NCBI RefSeq assembly: GCF_006345805.1
Contig: NW_021831699.1
Location: 1 to 34,761 of the forward strand
Reading direction: 5' to 3'
Length of the DNA stretch: 34,761 bases
Source of the DNA: Octopus sinensis
Lineage: Eukaryota
Below the pieces are notes generated by a model, which saw nothing but the letters and a program-made list of their open reading frames with translations, made no database searches and was not told where the DNA came from. Each line of letters opens with the position of its first letter. The stretch's first letter is position 1. A program made the translations under genes and the position numbers. Below are positions 33,413-34,761 of this stretch, piece by piece.

Positions 33413-33764
33413 TTTTATTATTTATTTTTTCAGTATTTTCATTTTTTTTTTTTTTTTGGACAGAAAATAATTACAGTTGTAAAGGCTGGCTACTCAAGCG
33501 AAACGAACATATTTTTGGCATTTATTCAAAAATAACTGACAAGAATATCTATGGCTAACTATTTTGAAAGCTTCAGTTTGTGTACCAGATTTACTTTTAT
33601 ATCAATAATAATAATAGTTACACTTTTTTTTTTTTTTTTTTTTTTTTTGCTATTGCATTTCCTAGAAGTCGACTCGAAAAGCTGGGCTTTTCAGGTAAAG
33701 AATATGTTCACCTACAATTTCACTCTGAAAATTTATTATATAAGTCAAACAATGAATATACCTT

Positions 33765-33950
33765 CTTACTTTTTTAACTTGTTCAGTCATTGAACCGTAG
33801 GCCATGCTCGAGCACTGCCTTCATAGACTTTAGGCAAACAGATCGACCCCCAGTGCCCATTTTTGAAGTCTGGCACTCACTCTATCGCTCTCCTCCGCCA
33901 GACCATCGAGCCACAGGAGCGTAAACAAACCAACTCCTGTTGCCATAACA
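33765..33950 (-). mobile_element. SINE family A, 3' half, degenerate
   Basis: ttgttcagtcattga..ggccatgct.gagcactgcc..gatcgacccccag. Confidence 0.7.
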
Positions 33951-34068
33951 CAAATTCACTCATTCACTCATAGATACATACGTACACAAACACACATACA
34001 CACAGGATTAAATGAAAAGACAACAAACGGAAAATATGACATACCTGTGTGCGTGTGTGTGTATGCGA

Positions 34069-34191
34069 GATTCCTGGACCGGGCTGCGTATTATGTTCTT
34101 GAGCAGAGCATAATACGCAGCCCGGTCCGGGAATCGAACACGCAGCCTCACGATCGTAAGCTCGGTGCTCTAACCACTGAGCCATGCACCT
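34069..34191 (-). mobile_element. SINE family C head folded back on itself (31-bp hairpin at 34069-34135)
   Basis: Minus strand A box TGGCTCAGTGG and B box GTTCGATTCC; inverted copy of the post-B-box segment. Confidence 0.75.
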
Positions 34192-34210
34192 TGACATACG
34201 TAAATATATA

Positions 34211-34254
<44 letters not shown>

Positions 34255-34270
34255 CTATATTAATATATAG

Positions 34271-34318
<48 letters not shown>

Positions 34319-34335
34319 TATATTATATAATATAA

Positions 34336-34389
<54 letters not shown>

Positions 34390-34419
34390 TATATATTATA
34401 ATATAATATATAAGTATAT

Positions 34420-34520
34420 GCATTCCCCCCACCAACATCACTTGACAACCGATGGTGGTGTGTTTACGTCCCCATAACTTAGCAGTTCGGCAAAAGAGTC
34501 CGATAGAATAAGTACTAGAG
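34420..34520 (+). mobile_element. SINE family A, 3' fragment after a large TA tract
   Basis: cttgacaaccgatggtggtgtgtttacgtccc..gttcggcaaaagag.ccgatagaataagtact. Confidence 0.8.
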
Positions 34521-34761
34521 CTAATTTCATTGGTATGTGGAGACTTTCTACATTCCAAGACAGTCATCCGCACATACTACAAGCGACAGCGTGAACATGA
34601 TAAGGGAAATAACTCAGGTTTCATTATTAAGAGTATCGTTTCTTTAGGACATGAAGCTATTATAGAGAACTTCAGAGTTGCGTAGATATTTGACTATCTT
34701 CTACGCTACTATGAAACTAAAGCACATAAATCTATGTAATATATATATATATACATAGGCG

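Overview
AT-rich, microsatellite-dense eukaryotic DNA made almost entirely of nested transposable-element remnants. I could not identify any host protein-coding exon, and most ORF-track entries are translated (TA)n/(GT)n/(CA)n repeats. From recall only, the three tRNA-derived SINE families resemble those of octopus (coleoid cephalopod) genomes. Recognisable coding relics are three different Penelope-like element (PLE) fragments (RT thumb and/or GIY-YIG), a DD37D maT/mariner fold-back derivative, a Ty3/gypsy gag-protease 5' end, two fragments of an RLE-type LINE and a LINE ORF1 zinc knuckle. There are also two Helitron-like non-autonomous elements and several MITEs. The most striking signal is a set of small non-coding elements with PLE-like architecture (inverted repeat + direct repeat around a 340-790 nt unit), sitting in (TA)n tracts and carrying type I hammerhead ribozyme folds with palindromic stem III. 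One has a fully canonical core (616-678, minus). One is a U3-A8/C4 core variant (9050-9096, plus) whose inversion breakpoint lies within 1 nt of the predicted cleavage site. One family has a recurrent A6U core. All of this was read by eye; no alignment, folding or database search was run.
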